64,000 bases of DNA from an uncultured Chitinophagaceae bacterium (lineage in GTDB: Bacteria > Bacteroidota > Ignavibacteria > UBA10030 > UBA8401). Within the stretch, counting starts at the first letter, position 1, and the number at the start of each line of letters is the position of its first letter. The notes under the pieces were generated by a model. That model saw only the letters and a program-made list of their open reading frames with translations, was not told the origin of the DNA and searched no databases. A program made the translations under genes and the position numbers. The stretch lies in the NCBI GenBank assembly GCA_964596155.1, contig CAZQSI010000001.1, positions 28,989-92,988 on the forward strand, given 5' to 3'. Positions 31,106 through 41,065 of the stretch are shown one piece after another.

Positions 31106-32373
31106 CGCAGTGTCCGGATTGCGTTTAGAATTTCCACCGCTACATCAAACTTTTGCATTTTCGGCAATTTGCTCACCGTGCCGTTTTTGCCGATGATGGT
31201 GACAATATTGGTATCCGAACCAAACGCGGCGCCTTTGTCGTTCGCGGAGTTCAGGATAATCATATCAAGATGTTTCTTTTCCAGTTTGTGACGGGCGTTG
31301 ACCAGTTCGTTCTCCGTCTCAAGCGCAAATCCTATCAACAGCTGTTTTTTTGATTTTTTTCCGCCGAGCGTCTGTAAAATATCTTCAGTTGAGGTCAGTT
31401 GAATCGTCAAGCGGTCGGAGACTTTTTTAATTTTCTGCCGTGATCGTGCGGAAGGAGCATAATCCGCCACTGCGGCGGCCATGATGATAATATCCTGTTT
31501 TTTTGCATGGGCCATCACTGCGGTCTTCATTTCCGCCGCGGTTTCCACATCGATCCGTTTCACATGAGCCGGAGTTCCGATGGACACCGGTCCGCTGATC
31601 AGCGTAACATCCGCGCCCCGCAGCGCCGCGGCATTGGCGAGTGCAAATCCCATCTTTCCGGAGGAACGGTTGCCGATGAAGCGGACGGGATCAATCGGTT
31701 CGTGAGTCGGTCCCGCCGTGATCAGGATTTTTTTCTTCTTCAGGTCGAGCGGAAGTTTTTTTATGACATCATGCAGAAATTCCACCAGTGATTCAGGTTC
31801 CGGCAGCCGTCCCATGCCGACGAGTCCGCTCGCAAGCGCGCCGCTGTCCGGCGGAACAATGAAGCAGCCGCGGGATCGAAGCGTTGTGAGATTTTCCTGT
31901 GTTGAAGGGTGATCCCACATATCGACATCCATTGCCGGAGCAACAATCAGCGGGCACCGTAAGGCAAGCACGGTGGATGACACCGCATCCTCGGCATACC
32001 CGTGGGCAAGATGTGCAATGGTGTTGGCTGTTGCCGGCGCAATCATCATCGCGTCGGCCCACAGACCGAGATCAATGTGTTTTACGCCGAGCGCGGTTGA
32101 GGCACGCTTATCCGGCGGCCAGAGAGCGACAACAACTTCTTCCTGGGAAAGGGTGGAAAAGGTAAGCGGGGTGACGAATTCCGTAGCGGAGCGCGTCATT
32201 AACACACGCACGTTTGCGCCGGCTTTTTTCAGAAGCCGAACGACGGTGCACATTTTGTAGACGGAAATTCCGCCGGTGACACCGAGAGCGATATTTTTGC
32301 CGGCAAGCATGAACAGAGGATGGTAAACATCGCCGATGCGGAGACGTGCGGATGCACGCAGCCGCACCGGCAT
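31102..32373 (-). CDS. coaBC: Bifunctional phosphopantothenoylcysteine decarboxylase / phosphopantothenate-cysteine ligase
   Basis: 423 aa. Flavoprotein N-domain GKNIALGVTGGISVYK. CTP-dependent ligase C-domain. Confidence 0.95.
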   Translation of the reverse strand: MPVRLRASARLRIGDVYHPLFMLAGKNIALGVTGGISVYKMCTVVRLLKKAGANVRVLMTRSATEFVTPLTFSTLSQEEVVVALWPPDKRASTALGVKHIDLGLWADAMMIAPATANTIAHLAHGYAEDAVSSTVLALRCPLIVAPAMDVDMWDHPSTQENLTTLRSRGCFIVPPDSGALASGLVGMGRLPEPESLVEFLHDVIKKLPLDLKKKKILITAGPTHEPIDPVRFIGNRSSGKMGFALANAAALRGADVTLISGPVSIGTPAHVKRIDVETAAEMKTAVMAHAKKQDIIIMAAAVADYAPSARSRQKIKKVSDRLTIQLTSTEDILQTLGGKKSKKQLLIGFALETENELVNARHKLEKKHLDMIILNSANDKGAAFGSDTNIVTIIGKNGTVSKLPKMQKFDVAVEILNAIRTLR

Positions 32374-32381
32374 GATTCAGA

Positions 32382-32699
32382 TTATTTCTTTACTTCCGGA
32401 TCTTTTTCCTTGTAATGATGCTGGAGCTGATCGTTCATCAGTTCGTCGATCGCTTCTTCGGTCGGTTTCGGACGCGCTTCAAATTCCAGGCTGACTTTCA
32501 ACTGATCGGGATTGGAAACTTCCTCATCCATATCGTCGGTAGCATTCGGAAGCGCCACGAGATTTTCGATTCGCTGCGCAAACTCCATTTTTGTCTCCTC
32601 GTTGATCTGCCGTGACCGTTTGGACAGGACGACGATCGCCTCGTACACGTTTGCCGCTTTTGCTTCGAGTTTTTTAATCTCGAGTGTTTTAATTGACAT
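32382..32699 (-). CDS. rpoZ: DNA-directed RNA polymerase omega subunit (probable)
   Basis: 105 aa. NVYEAIVVLSKRSRQINEE matches the omega core helix. Sits in the conserved position between gmk and coaBC. Confidence 0.6.
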   Translation of the reverse strand: MSIKTLEIKKLEAKAANVYEAIVVLSKRSRQINEETKMEFAQRIENLVALPNATDDMDEEVSNPDQLKVSLEFEARPKPTEEAIDELMNDQLQHHYKEKDPEVKK

Positions 32700-32717
32700 T
32701 GCTCTGCCTCTCGTAAA

Positions 32718-33284
32718 TTATGATGATGTATGTGATAAAATAATCGATTCAACTTCCCGATATGCTCTCTGCAGATCGTCGTTTACAACGGTAACGTCGA
32801 ATTTCTTTCCCGTTTCCATTTCCATTTTCGCCCGTCGGAGACGTCCGAGAATCTTTTGTTCGTCCTCCGTCTTTCTGTTCCGCAGCCGCTGCTCGAGCAC
32901 CTCGAGGCTGGGGGGAACGATAAAGATCAACACGCTTTCGTTCGGGTACATCTCTTTGATGGAAAGCGCCCCTTTCACGTCAACATCGAAAAGCATTGAA
33001 TGACCGGCATTCAATGCACGATCCACTTCGCGCTTCAACGTTCCGTAATGATTGTCAAAAAAAAACTCATGTTCAACGAAACCGCCTTCGGCAATCAACC
33101 GCTCAAATTCTTCCTTCGACATGAAGAAATAATCTTTTCCGTTCGTTTCGCCCGGACGCATGTCCCGGGTCGTCGCCGAAACCGAAAACTCCAGTTCCGG
33201 ATATTTTGCAAGGAGCGGTTTGATGATGGATGTTTTGCCGCCGCCGCTCGGAGATGCAAAAGCAAAAAGTTTCGGTGTTCTCAT
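32718..33284 (-). CDS. gmk: Guanylate kinase
   Basis: 188 aa. P-loop SPSGGGKTS. SATTRDMRPGETNGKDYFF. Confidence 0.95.
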   Translation of the reverse strand: MRTPKLFAFASPSGGGKTSIIKPLLAKYPELEFSVSATTRDMRPGETNGKDYFFMSKEEFERLIAEGGFVEHEFFFDNHYGTLKREVDRALNAGHSMLFDVDVKGALSIKEMYPNESVLIFIVPPSLEVLEQRLRNRKTEDEQKILGRLRRAKMEMETGKKFDVTVVNDDLQRAYREVESIILSHTSS

Positions 33285-33348
33285 GGTGAACGCACGTCCG
33301 CTGAGCGATCACACGGAACAGCAGCATCCGGGGATCGGCGGTACACAA

Positions 33349-34227
33349 TTATTCAATATTCTGCAGCTGCTCTCTGATCTTTTCGAGTTCTTCTTTGATT
33401 CCGACAACGATGTGTGCGATAGCCGCATCGCTGCATTTTGAACCGATCGTATTTGCTTCACGGTTCATTTCCTGAATCAGAAAATTCAATTTTCGTCCTT
33501 CGGATTCTTTCGACTGCAGCGCCTGCAGAAAAAACTTATTGTGACTGCGGAACCGAACGCACTCTTCGGTCACATCCAGTTTTTCGGACAGCAAGGCGAT
33601 TTCAAGTTCGAGACGCTGGTAATTAATGACGCTTTTATCTGCCGCCAGCTGCTCCACTTTTTCGGTCAGACGTTTCCGCTCCTCGGGAATACGTTCTTTG
33701 GAGAGCCGTTCCACTGAATCCAGCAGCTTGCCGATTTTTTGCACCCGTTCCTTCGAATCCCGCGCAAGTTCCGCCCCTTCTTTTTCCCTCATCTTTTTTA
33801 ATCCATCAACGGCTTTGGACAATGCCTGCTGGAACACTTTCCATTCCGTTTCATCTTCCTCGACATCTTTCACTTCAAATATTTCCGAAAAGTGGAGCAG
33901 ATGGTCAAGTTCAACTTCTTCCTCGATCTTCAGCGTCTTGCGAAGTTGCTCCAGCACTTTGTAAATCTCTTTTGCGCGTTTTTTGTCGACGGCAAGAGCG
34001 ATGCTGCCATCTTTTTTACTCTCTTTGTTCGCATTCAGAGAAATTTTTCCCCGCGCGATCTTAGCACGGATGATATCTTTTATCTCGTTCTCCCGCTGAG
34101 CAATGGTGCGGGGGGCCCGTGATGAAATTTCCAGGTAACGGTTGTTTACGCTGCGAAGTTCTACGGTGTAGGTGATTCCCTTTGCGGAGGCCTCACCTTT
34201 CCCGAAACCGGTCATGCTTTCTATCAT
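33349..34227 (-). CDS. yicC: YicC-family stress-induced protein. Start placed at the internal ATG (MIESMTGFG).
   Basis: MIESMTGFGKGEASAKGITYTVELRSVNNRYLE resembles the E. coli YicC N-terminus MIRSMTAYA...RSVNQRYLE. The track ORF begins 53 codons earlier with non-conserved sequence. Confidence 0.85.
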   Translation of the reverse strand: MIESMTGFGKGEASAKGITYTVELRSVNNRYLEISSRAPRTIAQRENEIKDIIRAKIARGKISLNANKESKKDGSIALAVDKKRAKEIYKVLEQLRKTLKIEEEVELDHLLHFSEIFEVKDVEEDETEWKVFQQALSKAVDGLKKMREKEGAELARDSKERVQKIGKLLDSVERLSKERIPEERKRLTEKVEQLAADKSVINYQRLELEIALLSEKLDVTEECVRFRSHNKFFLQALQSKESEGRKLNFLIQEMNREANTIGSKCSDAAIAHIVVGIKEELEKIREQLQNIE

Positions 34228-34637
34228 CGTCAGAATTCTTCTTTTATGTTTCCCAGCGGGCCCCAAAGAAGACCCCTGTGACAAAAAAACCTCTGGAGAA
34301 TATACCCCAAAGGTCGAGATTTTCCATACAAAAATACGAAAAAACGTTTGGGCAGACAAGAGAAACCTTTCCACCGTACCATGCACAAGTTATCCACACT
34401 CCGCAGGTACAAATGCTTTGAATACGCCTAAAAAAATGAGATATTTCAAGCCGGTTGATAACTCGAAGGGAAAGAACGGTTCTATACAAGCATTTATTGC
34501 CCGCGCGATTAGATGATGGATTACCAGAGACCGGCCCGGACGTTATGTTGTTCCACTAAAAAAAAATTAATCGTTACAAAACTCTAAGAATATTCCATTG
34601 GAATTCTGTTTCCCAATTGTCGTACCTTTCACCAACT

Positions 34638-35855
34638 GTGAAAAAAATTAGCATCATAGCATTGTATCTTTTCTCTGCGGCCGCCCTGTCAGCACAAACA
34701 CAGCTGTGGTACCAGAAGCAATCGGGGAACATCGGTCCTGCGCTGAATGTCGTGATTGCGCAGAACGGGACGATCTTTTCTTCCGTGTATAATAAAGGAA
34801 TCTTCCGTTCGCTTGATACGGGAGCAACGTGGCAGCAAATTGCACCGTTTACGGACGGAGCGTGGACTCTTGCTCTCAGATCGTCGGGAGAGATTATTGC
34901 ATCGCTCTGGTCGCGGGGGATTTTCCGTTCAACCGATCATGGAACCACATGGTCGTCCCATCCGTCGAACAGAATCAATTCTGATATTCGCGCCGTGAAT
35001 CTGAAAAACGAAATTTTCATTGAGTCCGCTGGAAAATTTCTTTATTCGGCATTCAACGATACTAACTGGATAGAATTGCCGGTCGGCGGCGGAGTTGTTT
35101 CGGTAAACGGCAGCACGCTGTATTCCGCAAAAGGCACCGCCGTGTTCCGCTCGACTGATCATGGAAAACTCTGGTCGCAGCTGGCGGATGTGGTGTCGCC
35201 GGTGTATGCGCTTGCTTCGGATGCGGACGGTGAGATTGTTGCAGGAACGTACGTTCAACCAGAAGGCGCGGCACACTCGATCTTTTCGTACAACACCGTT
35301 TCAAATACCTGGAGTGCGAACGGACCGCCATCGACCGTCAATGCGATCGTCCGCAGACATGATGGCATTCTTTTTGCCGGCTCGCATGACAGCGGATTTT
35401 ATTTTTCAACAAACCGCGGCGCCGAATGGAAACAATATAACGCCGGTCTCTCGACGCCGAAAATTTATTCCATGGCACTGCTGAATGATACGACGATCGT
35501 CGCGGGAACGGTCGACGGGATTTTCTTCAGCACAGGAATTTTGAATGCATTATTGCCAGTAGAGAGTGAGAAAATTATAAATCGTCTTTCACGCCGGTTT
35601 ACGCTTGAACAAAACTATCCCAACCCGTTCAATCCATCCACGACGATTGAATATTTTCTGCCGGTGGAAACGCATGTTGTGCTCAAGCTGTACGATCTTC
35701 TCGGACGAACTTCAATTCTGTTAGCGGAAGGAGTGAAAGCGCCGGGACGACATACCGCGACCGTCAGCGGCGCCAACCTGCCGACCGGAACCTATCTGTA
35801 TCAGCTCAGAACTGGAAACAGCACGTTGACGAGAAAAATGCTATTATTGCGCTGA
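34638..35855 (+). CDS. Secreted BNR/sialidase-like repeat protein with a C-terminal T9SS sorting domain. Start placed at GTG 34638 (MKKISIIALYLFSAAALSAQ).
   Basis: BNR-like repeats (SLDTGATWQQ, STDHGTTWSS, STDHGKLWSQ). C-terminal roughly 80 aa are NYPNPFNPSTTIEYFLP...YLYQLRTGNSTLTRKMLLLR, typical of Por/T9SS CTDs. The track ORF begins at TTG 34617. Confidence 0.75.
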   Translation: MKKISIIALYLFSAAALSAQTQLWYQKQSGNIGPALNVVIAQNGTIFSSVYNKGIFRSLDTGATWQQIAPFTDGAWTLALRSSGEIIASLWSRGIFRSTDHGTTWSSHPSNRINSDIRAVNLKNEIFIESAGKFLYSAFNDTNWIELPVGGGVVSVNGSTLYSAKGTAVFRSTDHGKLWSQLADVVSPVYALASDADGEIVAGTYVQPEGAAHSIFSYNTVSNTWSANGPPSTVNAIVRRHDGILFAGSHDSGFYFSTNRGAEWKQYNAGLSTPKIYSMALLNDTTIVAGTVDGIFFSTGILNALLPVESEKIINRLSRRFTLEQNYPNPFNPSTTIEYFLPVETHVVLKLYDLLGRTSILLAEGVKAPGRHTATVSGANLPTGTYLYQLRTGNSTLTRKMLLLR

Positions 35856-35946
35856 GTCACACGCATTGACCTGCATCATCCCCCGTACCGCGTTATTTGT
35901 GTTTATTACAGCATCACAAGCGATTCAATCACTACAGAGAGGAAGT

Positions 35947-36579
35947 ATGAAAGTCATTATCGCAGCCCTGCTGCTCAGCATTACTGTTGCATCATCGCAG
36001 GAAAAAGAAACAGAAAAAAAGGACGAATCAAAGCTCAGACAATATTACAGCGGAAAATTCGGATTTTATCAGCCGGGCGAAGGACTGAATAACGGATTGT
36101 TTCTCGGTGTTGATGGAATAACCGAATTTGTCAAGTACGGGGTCAGCGTCAACGGCGCCATCGATCTCTATCAAAAGCAGACGTTTAATTTCTTTCACGA
36201 TCCGAAACCGCAGGTGCAGCAGCAAGCTCTGCTTCTTCTGCCGCTCCATGTCAGCATAGGATACCATCTGGCGGGAGTAGAAGATGCCGATCTTCGCATT
36301 TTTGCCGGCGCCGGCGGGGGATATTATTTTTACTTCTATTCGGCGGAATATAAGGGAAATTCCTCAGGCGGACTGCTCGGCGGAACCTCGCTTACCTCAA
36401 ATACCGAAAACAAAAACGGCGGAAATGTCTTCGGAACGGCATTTCTCCGCATTCTGTTTGGGAAGGTATTTGTTGAACCGAGGTTGTATTTTGCAACGGC
36501 AACCGACGATGCGGTCGGATCGTACAAATATACACTCAATCCGTCCGGTTTTGCGGTGACCGTCGGATTTCAGCAGTAA
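35947..36579 (+). CDS. Outer-membrane beta-barrel protein (OmpA/OmpW-like barrel), with a signal peptide
   Basis: Start at ATG 35947 after AGAGGAAGT. MKVIIAALLLSITVASSQ. Alternating amphipathic strands. C-terminal ...VTVGFQQ. Confidence 0.5.
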   Translation: MKVIIAALLLSITVASSQEKETEKKDESKLRQYYSGKFGFYQPGEGLNNGLFLGVDGITEFVKYGVSVNGAIDLYQKQTFNFFHDPKPQVQQQALLLLPLHVSIGYHLAGVEDADLRIFAGAGGGYYFYFYSAEYKGNSSGGLLGGTSLTSNTENKNGGNVFGTAFLRILFGKVFVEPRLYFATATDDAVGSYKYTLNPSGFAVTVGFQQ

Positions 36580-36617
36580 CGGACAATTGATAAGCGAGTA
36601 TAGGTTTAGTATAATAA

Positions 36618-36649
36618 CAGGGCAGGAAAACATTCTGCCCTGTTTTATT
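36618..36649 (+). terminator. Rho-independent terminator after the outer-membrane-protein gene
   Basis: CAGGGCAG-gaaaacatt-CTGCCCTG followed by TTTTATTG. Confidence 0.6.
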
Positions 36650-36669
36650 GATATCAACAACAAACTTCT

Positions 36670-38070
36670 ATGGAACTACAATTTCTCGGCGCCGCCCGCA
36701 CCGTTACCGGTTCAATGCACCATGTAACCGCAAACAACAAACAGTTTCTTTTGGATTGCGGGATGTTTCAGGGGAGACGGGCGGAGACATACCAACGCAA
36801 TAAAAATTTTTCGTTCGATCCCGCCGCGATCGATGCGGTGGTCCTTTCCCACGCTCATATTGATCATGCCGGAAATCTTCCGAATCTTGTGAAGCAGGGA
36901 TTTACCGGAACAATATTCTGCACTCCCGCCACGGCGGATCTCTGCCGGCTGATGCTGATGGACAGCGCGTATATTCAGGAGCGTGATGCGGAGTTTATGA
37001 CGAAGAAACATGCGCGGCGGCAGCTTCCTCCCGTCGAGCCGATTTATACGTCCGACGATGTTCGGCAAACCCTGTCGCAGCTGACGGAAGTGCAATACAG
37101 AACAACGTTTGAAGTCGTGGAGGGAGTTACAGCTCAATATTTCGATGCCGGACATATTCTCGGTTCCGCTTCCGTTCATCTTACAATCGATGAGCCGGGC
37201 GGTGGGATAAAACGGCTGGGATTCAGCGGCGATGTCGGCAGACCGAACATGCCGATACTCCGATCACCCGAATTCATGGGGAATGTCGATGCGCTGATAT
37301 GTGAAAGCACATACGGCGGACGGTTTCACGAAGGCCCGAACAAAATTCCGGAACAAATCTTTCTGGATGTGGTCAACCGTACGGCGGAGCGCGGCGGCAA
37401 AATCATTGTGCCGTCATTCAGTGTGGGACGCACGCAGGACATCGTTTATAAATTGAACAATCTGAAAAATCAGGGAAAGCTTCCGGATATTCCGGTGTTT
37501 GTGGACAGTCCGCTGTCGACGAATGCCACGGAAATATTCCGGCGTCATCCCGAATGTTTCGACGAAAAAGCGACAAGCATTCTGAAAAGGGACGACGATC
37601 TGTTCGGATTTGACCGGCTTCATTATATCCGCAATGTGGACGAATCGAAAGCACTGAACGACCGGAAAGGAGCATGCATGATCATTTCCGCCTCCGGAAT
37701 GTGCGAGGCGGGACGCATTGTGCACCACCTCTATAACAATATCGAGAATCCGAACAACACGGTGATGATTGTCGGTTATCAGGCCGAACATACGCTCGGC
37801 CGAAAAATCGTGGAGCGTCATCCGGAAGTATCCATATTCGGTGAGGCAATGAAATTGCTCGCGGAAGTGGTCGTGATGAATTCGTTCAGTGCACATGCAG
37901 ACAAGAATGAACTGCTGGATTACGTCGGCAACTTTGATCCTTCGGTGCTGAAGTATATTTTTTTGGTGCATGGCGATCTTGATCAGGCCGAGAAATTGTC
38001 GGCAGCGTTAGCCGAAAAGAAATTCAAGAAGATCGATATTCCGGAGCGGCTTGATACGTTTGCATTGTAG
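36670..38070 (+). CDS. Metallo-beta-lactamase-fold beta-CASP hydrolase (RNA-metabolising MBL family)
   Basis: 466 aa. HAHIDHAGNLP motif. Beta-CASP region. C-terminal RNA-specificity-like domain (SFSAHADKNELLDY). Confidence 0.8.
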   Translation: MELQFLGAARTVTGSMHHVTANNKQFLLDCGMFQGRRAETYQRNKNFSFDPAAIDAVVLSHAHIDHAGNLPNLVKQGFTGTIFCTPATADLCRLMLMDSAYIQERDAEFMTKKHARRQLPPVEPIYTSDDVRQTLSQLTEVQYRTTFEVVEGVTAQYFDAGHILGSASVHLTIDEPGGGIKRLGFSGDVGRPNMPILRSPEFMGNVDALICESTYGGRFHEGPNKIPEQIFLDVVNRTAERGGKIIVPSFSVGRTQDIVYKLNNLKNQGKLPDIPVFVDSPLSTNATEIFRRHPECFDEKATSILKRDDDLFGFDRLHYIRNVDESKALNDRKGACMIISASGMCEAGRIVHHLYNNIENPNNTVMIVGYQAEHTLGRKIVERHPEVSIFGEAMKLLAEVVVMNSFSAHADKNELLDYVGNFDPSVLKYIFLVHGDLDQAEKLSAALAEKKFKKIDIPERLDTFAL

Positions 38071-38076
38071 GCGGGT

Positions 38077-39510
38077 TTATTTTCCCTTTACAATGCTCGA
38101 AAGCATGCCGTTAAAGATGAATGCGTGAAACGGAAGAACGGCGTACCAATAAAGCCGGCCGAGAATGCCGCGGGGCCGGAACGTCGCCGTTTGATGAAGC
38201 ACGTTGTTGTCGCTGATGCTGAATTCGAGCCACGCCTCGCCGGGAAGCTTCATCTCTGCATAGAGCAACAGCCGCTTCGAGCGTTTGTCTGCAGCCAGCA
38301 CTCTCCAGAAGTCAAGCGTATCGCCCGCATGAATCGTGCTGGCATTGGTTCTGCCCCGTCGTAACCCGACTCCGCCCGCCATCTTGTCGATAAACCCGCG
38401 GATATTCCAGAGCCAGTCGCCGTAATACCAGCCACGCTCTCCGCCTATCGACCAGATATTTTCCAGCACGTCCTCAACTGAAGATGTGATCAGTTTCTCC
38501 CGCTTGTCCACAAAACATCCTTCGGACGGGACGTTGATGTGATCCAACAATGCCGTATCGCCGTTGCTGGAGACCAATGAATCCTTCCAGCTTGAAATAA
38601 CGTTGTTCCGTTCTATCTTTTGAAATGCGAGCGACACCGCCTGTTTGTATGAAATGGGAGAAATGCCGAGCATTGCTTCGAGTTCTCTATCCTTCGCAAC
38701 TACCTCAACCTTCATGCTGTTCACAAGGTTAATTGCCAGCATATACGATGTAGAGGTGACGAAATAAAGCCAGTAGGAGGAGAGCCGGGGAGTCATGACC
38801 GGCACGGTGAAGATGTAGCGCTTCAATCCGCGGACTTCGGCAAATTGCAGCAGCATTTCCTTGTAGGTAAGTATATCCGGTCCGCCGACATCAAATGAAC
38901 GGTTCATTGCTTCCGGTTTCATCAGCACGCCGGTAAGATATTCGAGAATATTCCGGATGGCAATCGGCTGATGTTTTGTTGTGAGCCAGCGGGGAGTAAT
39001 CATCACCGGAAGTTTTTCAACCAAATCGCGGATGATTTCAAAGGATGCGCTGCCGGATCCGACGATGATGCCGGCTTTTACTGACGTTAACGGAATACCG
39101 CTTTTTGATAAGACCGTTTCCACATTTTTTCTTGAAGCCAGATGTCTGGATAACATCTCCTCATTGGTAATGCCGCCAAGATAAATGATCTGTTTAATTG
39201 ACGTTTCTTGTACCAGCGCAAGAAAGTTTGCGGCGGTGGTTTCCTCCATTGCCTCAAAATTTTTCACGTTGGAGCTCATGGAGTGAATTAAATAATATGC
39301 GGCATCAATATTCTTCAGCATCGATGAGGGGGATGTTCGTTCAAGAAAATCAACCTCATATACCGAAACATTCGGGTGAGAATAAATTCCTTCGGTCGGA
39401 AATCTTCCCGCATCCCGAACGCAGCAAATAACCTCATGACCGCGTTCAATCAGAGGAGGAAGCAGCCGTTTTCCAATGTATCCCGTTGCGCCGGTTAATA
39501 ATATTTTCAT
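38077..39510 (-). CDS. NAD(P)-dependent epimerase/dehydratase (SDR) fused to a C-terminal DUF2867-like domain. Start at MKILLTGATGYIG.
   Basis: Rossmann motif LLTGATGYIGKRL. The C-terminal roughly 150 aa (WRVLAADKRSKRLLLYAEMKLPGEAWLEF) resemble DUF2867. Confidence 0.7.
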   Translation of the reverse strand: MKILLTGATGYIGKRLLPPLIERGHEVICCVRDAGRFPTEGIYSHPNVSVYEVDFLERTSPSSMLKNIDAAYYLIHSMSSNVKNFEAMEETTAANFLALVQETSIKQIIYLGGITNEEMLSRHLASRKNVETVLSKSGIPLTSVKAGIIVGSGSASFEIIRDLVEKLPVMITPRWLTTKHQPIAIRNILEYLTGVLMKPEAMNRSFDVGGPDILTYKEMLLQFAEVRGLKRYIFTVPVMTPRLSSYWLYFVTSTSYMLAINLVNSMKVEVVAKDRELEAMLGISPISYKQAVSLAFQKIERNNVISSWKDSLVSSNGDTALLDHINVPSEGCFVDKREKLITSSVEDVLENIWSIGGERGWYYGDWLWNIRGFIDKMAGGVGLRRGRTNASTIHAGDTLDFWRVLAADKRSKRLLLYAEMKLPGEAWLEFSISDNNVLHQTATFRPRGILGRLYWYAVLPFHAFIFNGMLSSIVKGK

Positions 39511-39706
39511 AATTCTCATGCTGAAGAGATGAAGTACGGATGATGCGTCGATGATGATTACGACAAGAATGATCCCCGTTGTATAGTTCAACATCACCGC
39601 TCGGGGAAATGTTCAATGCAGCAACGCAATCATGTATAACGGTTTGATCGATCAATACTATAGCATTTCCGGAGAAGAGTGCTTTTGAAGTGCAAAGAAC
39701 AGCATT

Positions 39707-40168
39707 CTACCGCTTTATCCGCTCTTCGTACAGCGAAATCCATTGCCGCACGCTCATTTTCTTCGCCAGCATGCCGATGAGATCATACGGGATGGAATCA
39801 ATTTTTTTAAAACGGAGGCAGCTTTTTCCCATATCCGGTTTTGACGATATGCGTTGTGCATATTCCTTCGTAAACCAGTCCAACAGCTTCTTATCGGCAT
39901 ACATTCCCATATGGTAGATCGCAATAAAATGTTTTTGTGAGGCGATACTCATGAAAGGAAGAGGCAGCGATGGGTCGCAATGGTATCCTTCTTTGTAGAG
40001 AGAGTGGGGGACAACGTAGCCGATCATTCCGTAACTCATCGTTTCGGTAAATCCGCCGGGAAGATTTTTACGGATCGCGGTTCGAAGACGGGACATCGCC
40101 TTTTTTCTGTCCGGCGGAAGAGACGCAATATATTTCTGAGGAGTGAGTGCCGAGGATTGCAATGTCAA
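39707..40168 (-). CDS. Hypothetical protein, possibly DUF1801 (YdhG-like)
   Basis: 153 aa. No signal peptide. Weak resemblance by eye only. Confidence 0.4.
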   Translation of the reverse strand: MTLQSSALTPQKYIASLPPDRKKAMSRLRTAIRKNLPGGFTETMSYGMIGYVVPHSLYKEGYHCDPSLPLPFMSIASQKHFIAIYHMGMYADKKLLDWFTKEYAQRISSKPDMGKSCLRFKKIDSIPYDLIGMLAKKMSVRQWISLYEERIKR

Positions 40169-40194
40169 TCCTTTCTCTTGATTGTAGTGATCTG

Positions 40195-40716
40195 TCAGGC
40201 GCGCTTCAGCCGTAATTCGATCATTCCGTCGGGATACTGTTTTGCCGATTCTGTGGCAAAGCGGACCGGATGGGAAACACCGGGAAAGAGCGGAATGCCG
40301 CCGCCGAGAATGACAGGAACGATGAACAGGATGATGTCGTCGATCAGGTCATGCTCAAGAAATTCGGAGATGAGCTTGCCGCCGCCGACAAGGTAGATGT
40401 TTTTCCCTTTTTGTTCCTTCAACGCTCCGATCAATTCACGGGGTGAACGTTTGGTATAAATGATTTTCTCTGACGATGCAAACTGTTCGGGGGCGGAGGT
40501 GAGAATGTAATAATCGATCCCGGGATACGGATCTTTCACGCCCATTGCGACAACGGCGTCGTACGTTTTTCTCCCGCTGATCGCAACATCCACCGTGGTT
40601 AAAAACTCATTGTATCCGTAATTGCCGCTGTACGACGTCAGCCAGTCGAGTCCGTGGCTTTTGTCGGCAATGAAACCATCAAGTGATGCGGCGATGTACA
40701 ATACGGTCCGTCGCAT
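40195..40716 (-). CDS. Dihydrofolate reductase-family protein (RibD C-terminal domain)
   Basis: 173 aa. MRRTVLYIAASLDGFIADKSHGLDWL...IYLVGGGKLISEFL. Confidence 0.8.
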   Translation of the reverse strand: MRRTVLYIAASLDGFIADKSHGLDWLTSYSGNYGYNEFLTTVDVAISGRKTYDAVVAMGVKDPYPGIDYYILTSAPEQFASSEKIIYTKRSPRELIGALKEQKGKNIYLVGGGKLISEFLEHDLIDDIILFIVPVILGGGIPLFPGVSHPVRFATESAKQYPDGMIELRLKRA

Positions 40717-40718
40717 AA

Positions 40719-40955
40719 TTATTTGTTTGACTCTTTCTTGGCAACGGTGGAAACATCCATCGCCTTCATGATCGGACAGACTTTCGTCGTTCCGGTTTTT
40801 AAAAAATAGGGAATTAGAATGATAACAATGATAATATTATAGACCGGCAGGATTGATTCAACAAGAAAATGATAACCGATTAATCCGACACAGAGCACGC
40901 CGAGAATTATTCTGATGATGCTGTCGGAATGTCCGACATTTTTCACTTCGTGCAT
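40719..40955 (-). CDS. DUF2892 (YgaP C-terminal-like) small membrane protein
   Basis: 78 aa. IIRIILGVLCVGLIGYHFL...CPIMKAM pattern. Two predicted TM segments. Confidence 0.55.
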   Translation of the reverse strand: MHEVKNVGHSDSIIRIILGVLCVGLIGYHFLVESILPVYNIIIVIILIPYFLKTGTTKVCPIMKAMDVSTVAKKESNK

Positions 40956-41030
40956 AGTTCCTCCTTGGGAGTTAGCGATGCTTCAGAAGGTATTAATTAT
41001 CGAATGAAGAATCAATTGCGCCGCGAAGGA

Positions 41031-41065
41031 GGAAAAAAAATCCGGCGGAATGGAACTCCGCCGGA
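41031..41065 (-). terminator. Strong Rho-independent terminator (minus strand), about 300 nt downstream of the TonB-receptor stop
   Basis: Minus-strand reading: TCCGGCGGA-gttccat-TCCGCCGGA followed by TTTTTTTT (plus-strand A-run 41033-41040). Confidence 0.7.

Noticed and set aside
34390-34398. Perfect DnaA-box consensus TTATCCACA in the yicC / BNR-protein intergenic region
   Set aside because: Only a single box. About 0.5 occurrences are expected by chance in 64 kb. There are no clustered boxes, no AT-rich unwinding element and no dnaA gene nearby, so oriC is unlikely.
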